DNA of 64,000 nt, from the NCBI GenBank assembly GCA_965203955.1, contig OZ241923.1:2888313-2952312 (forward strand). Direction: 5' to 3'. Shown here one piece after another: positions 63,205 to 64,000 of the stretch. The DNA comes from Dehalococcoidia bacterium. GTDB lineage: Bacteria > Chloroflexota > Dehalococcoidia > Lucifugimonadales > JADFKI01. Below the pieces are notes generated by a model. The model had not been told where the DNA came from and did not search any database. It worked only from the letters and a program-made list of their open reading frames with translations. How positions within the stretch are numbered: the first letter of the stretch is position 1; every line of letters begins with the position of its first letter. The translations under genes and the position numbers were made by a program.

Positions 63205-63999
63205 CTAAGCAAGGTAGCCAACGACCCTGTCAAGTATCGCACATCCCACATCGTACTTGCTCATCAGTGGCAGTGCCTCCTCACTGCCTTCCCTGTCGAG
63301 GAGCACGACCCTGTTAGTGTCCACACCGAATCCGCTATCCTCTGCGGTTATGTCGTTGGCTGCAATTAAGTGGAGTCCCTTGGTAAGCAGTTTGCTCTCT
63401 GCATTCTTCAGCAGGTCTTCGCTTTCCGCCGCGAAGCCCACTTTCACGAGGCGTTCGTATGCAATCCCCGCAATAATGTCCGGGTTCTTCACCAGATCGA
63501 GTCCCCAGTTGTCTGCGGCGCCCTTCTTTACTTTTTGGTCGGATGCGCTGGACGGTCGCCAGTCAGCCACCGCAGCAGCCATAATGAGCGCGTCCGCATT
63601 AGAGCACTCGCTGTGCAGCGCGTCACTCATCTGAAGAGCCGTCTGCACTTCAATGACATTGACGCCGAACGGATCCGGCAGGGCAGTTGGCGCTGAAACA
63701 AGCGATACCGTTGCGCCCCTGTCCCTCGCCGCCTCTGCGACCGCGAATCCCATCTTGCCGGATGAATGGTTCGCTATGACGCGCACCGGGTCAATCGGCT
63801 CCTGCGTCCCGCCGGCGCTAACCACAACCTTGCGTCCCGACAGATCGCCGCCGCGTCCTAGAGTCTGACGCAGGCAACCGAGCAGTTCAGGCGTTTCCAG
63901 CAGCCGCCCTTTGCCGACGAGGCCGGATGCAAGCCGTCCACTCGCGGGCCCGGCGATGACGCAGCCCCTCTCACGCAAAACAGCGATATTGTGCTGCGT
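63205..63999 (-). CDS. coaBC: Phosphopantothenoylcysteine decarboxylase / phosphopantothenate--cysteine ligase (CoaBC), with the N-terminal part outside the window
   Basis: The frame is open to the window end (…TQHNIAVLRERGCVIAGP). CoaB blocks are present: VSAGGTQEPIDPVRVIANHSSGKMG and AAAVADW. Confidence 0.88.
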   Translation of the reverse strand, partial: TQHNIAVLRERGCVIAGPASGRLASGLVGKGRLLETPELLGCLRQTLGRGGDLSGRKVVVSAGGTQEPIDPVRVIANHSSGKMGFAVAEAARDRGATVSLVSAPTALPDPFGVNVIEVQTALQMSDALHSECSNADALIMAAAVADWRPSSASDQKVKKGAADNWGLDLVKNPDIIAGIAYERLVKVGFAAESEDLLKNAESKLLTKGLHLIAANDITAEDSGFGVDTNRVVLLDREGSEEALPLMSKYDVGCAILDRVVGYLA

Positions 64000-64000
64000 G

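Overview
A 64 kb, gene-dense window (about 90% coding, many 1-8 nt overlaps, moderately high GC by eye) from a free-living bacterium. I saw no rRNA, CRISPR array, IS element or prophage.

Gene content: housekeeping genes (ftsZ, ftsA, rsmH, rsmI, trmD, metG, cysS, trpS, pyk, thrC, trxB, panBC, coaBC, surE, rpiB) are mixed with repeated families of catabolic enzymes. These include class III aminotransferases, family III CoA-transferases, HpcH-type aldolases, amidohydrolases, NIPSNAP proteins, an enolase-superfamily dehydratase, an SDR, an acyl-CoA dehydrogenase and a MaoC hydratase.

RNA genes: tRNA-Gln(UUG), tRNA-Trp(CCA) and a type-A RNase P RNA sit together at 31.28-32.02 kb. A Trp-specific T-box leader precedes a trpS-trpEGDCF operon.

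Lineage: the T-box, the stripped-down rsmH-ftsA-ftsZ division cluster and the paralogue-rich catabolism suggest a Chloroflexota-like, possibly marine SAR202-like, organism. This is inference only.

Most interesting observations:
1. Two adjacent ORFs (1202-1561 and 1565-1873) are really one AhpD/CMD-family gene. Its in-frame TGA falls exactly on the second Cys of the CxxC redox motif, so it is a likely selenoprotein that ORF callers split.
2. A full-length cysteinyl-tRNA synthetase is fused to a C-terminal GT2 glycosyltransferase domain (36117-38294).
3. A large-serine-recombinase homologue has Lys in place of the catalytic Ser and has also lost the Arg of the DRLxR motif. It starts 8 nt after a coiled-coil/zinc-ribbon (COG1579-like) gene, lies next to rnpB and tRNA-Trp, and has no cargo. 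It looks domesticated rather than mobile.
4. A pantothenate cluster contains an S58/DmpA-type aminopeptidase and a DUF2520 Rossmann protein where panD and panE would be expected.
5. A thiolase-fold protein lacks the catalytic Cys residues and is paired with a Cys-less DUF35 protein (Ltp2-like aldolase?).
6. A hicAB cassette has an amber codon at the toxin's catalytic His.
7. A CoA-dependent organic-acid catabolic block spans 45-54.7 kb.

Everything comes from reading the sequence and ORF translations by eye. No database search or RNA folding was run.
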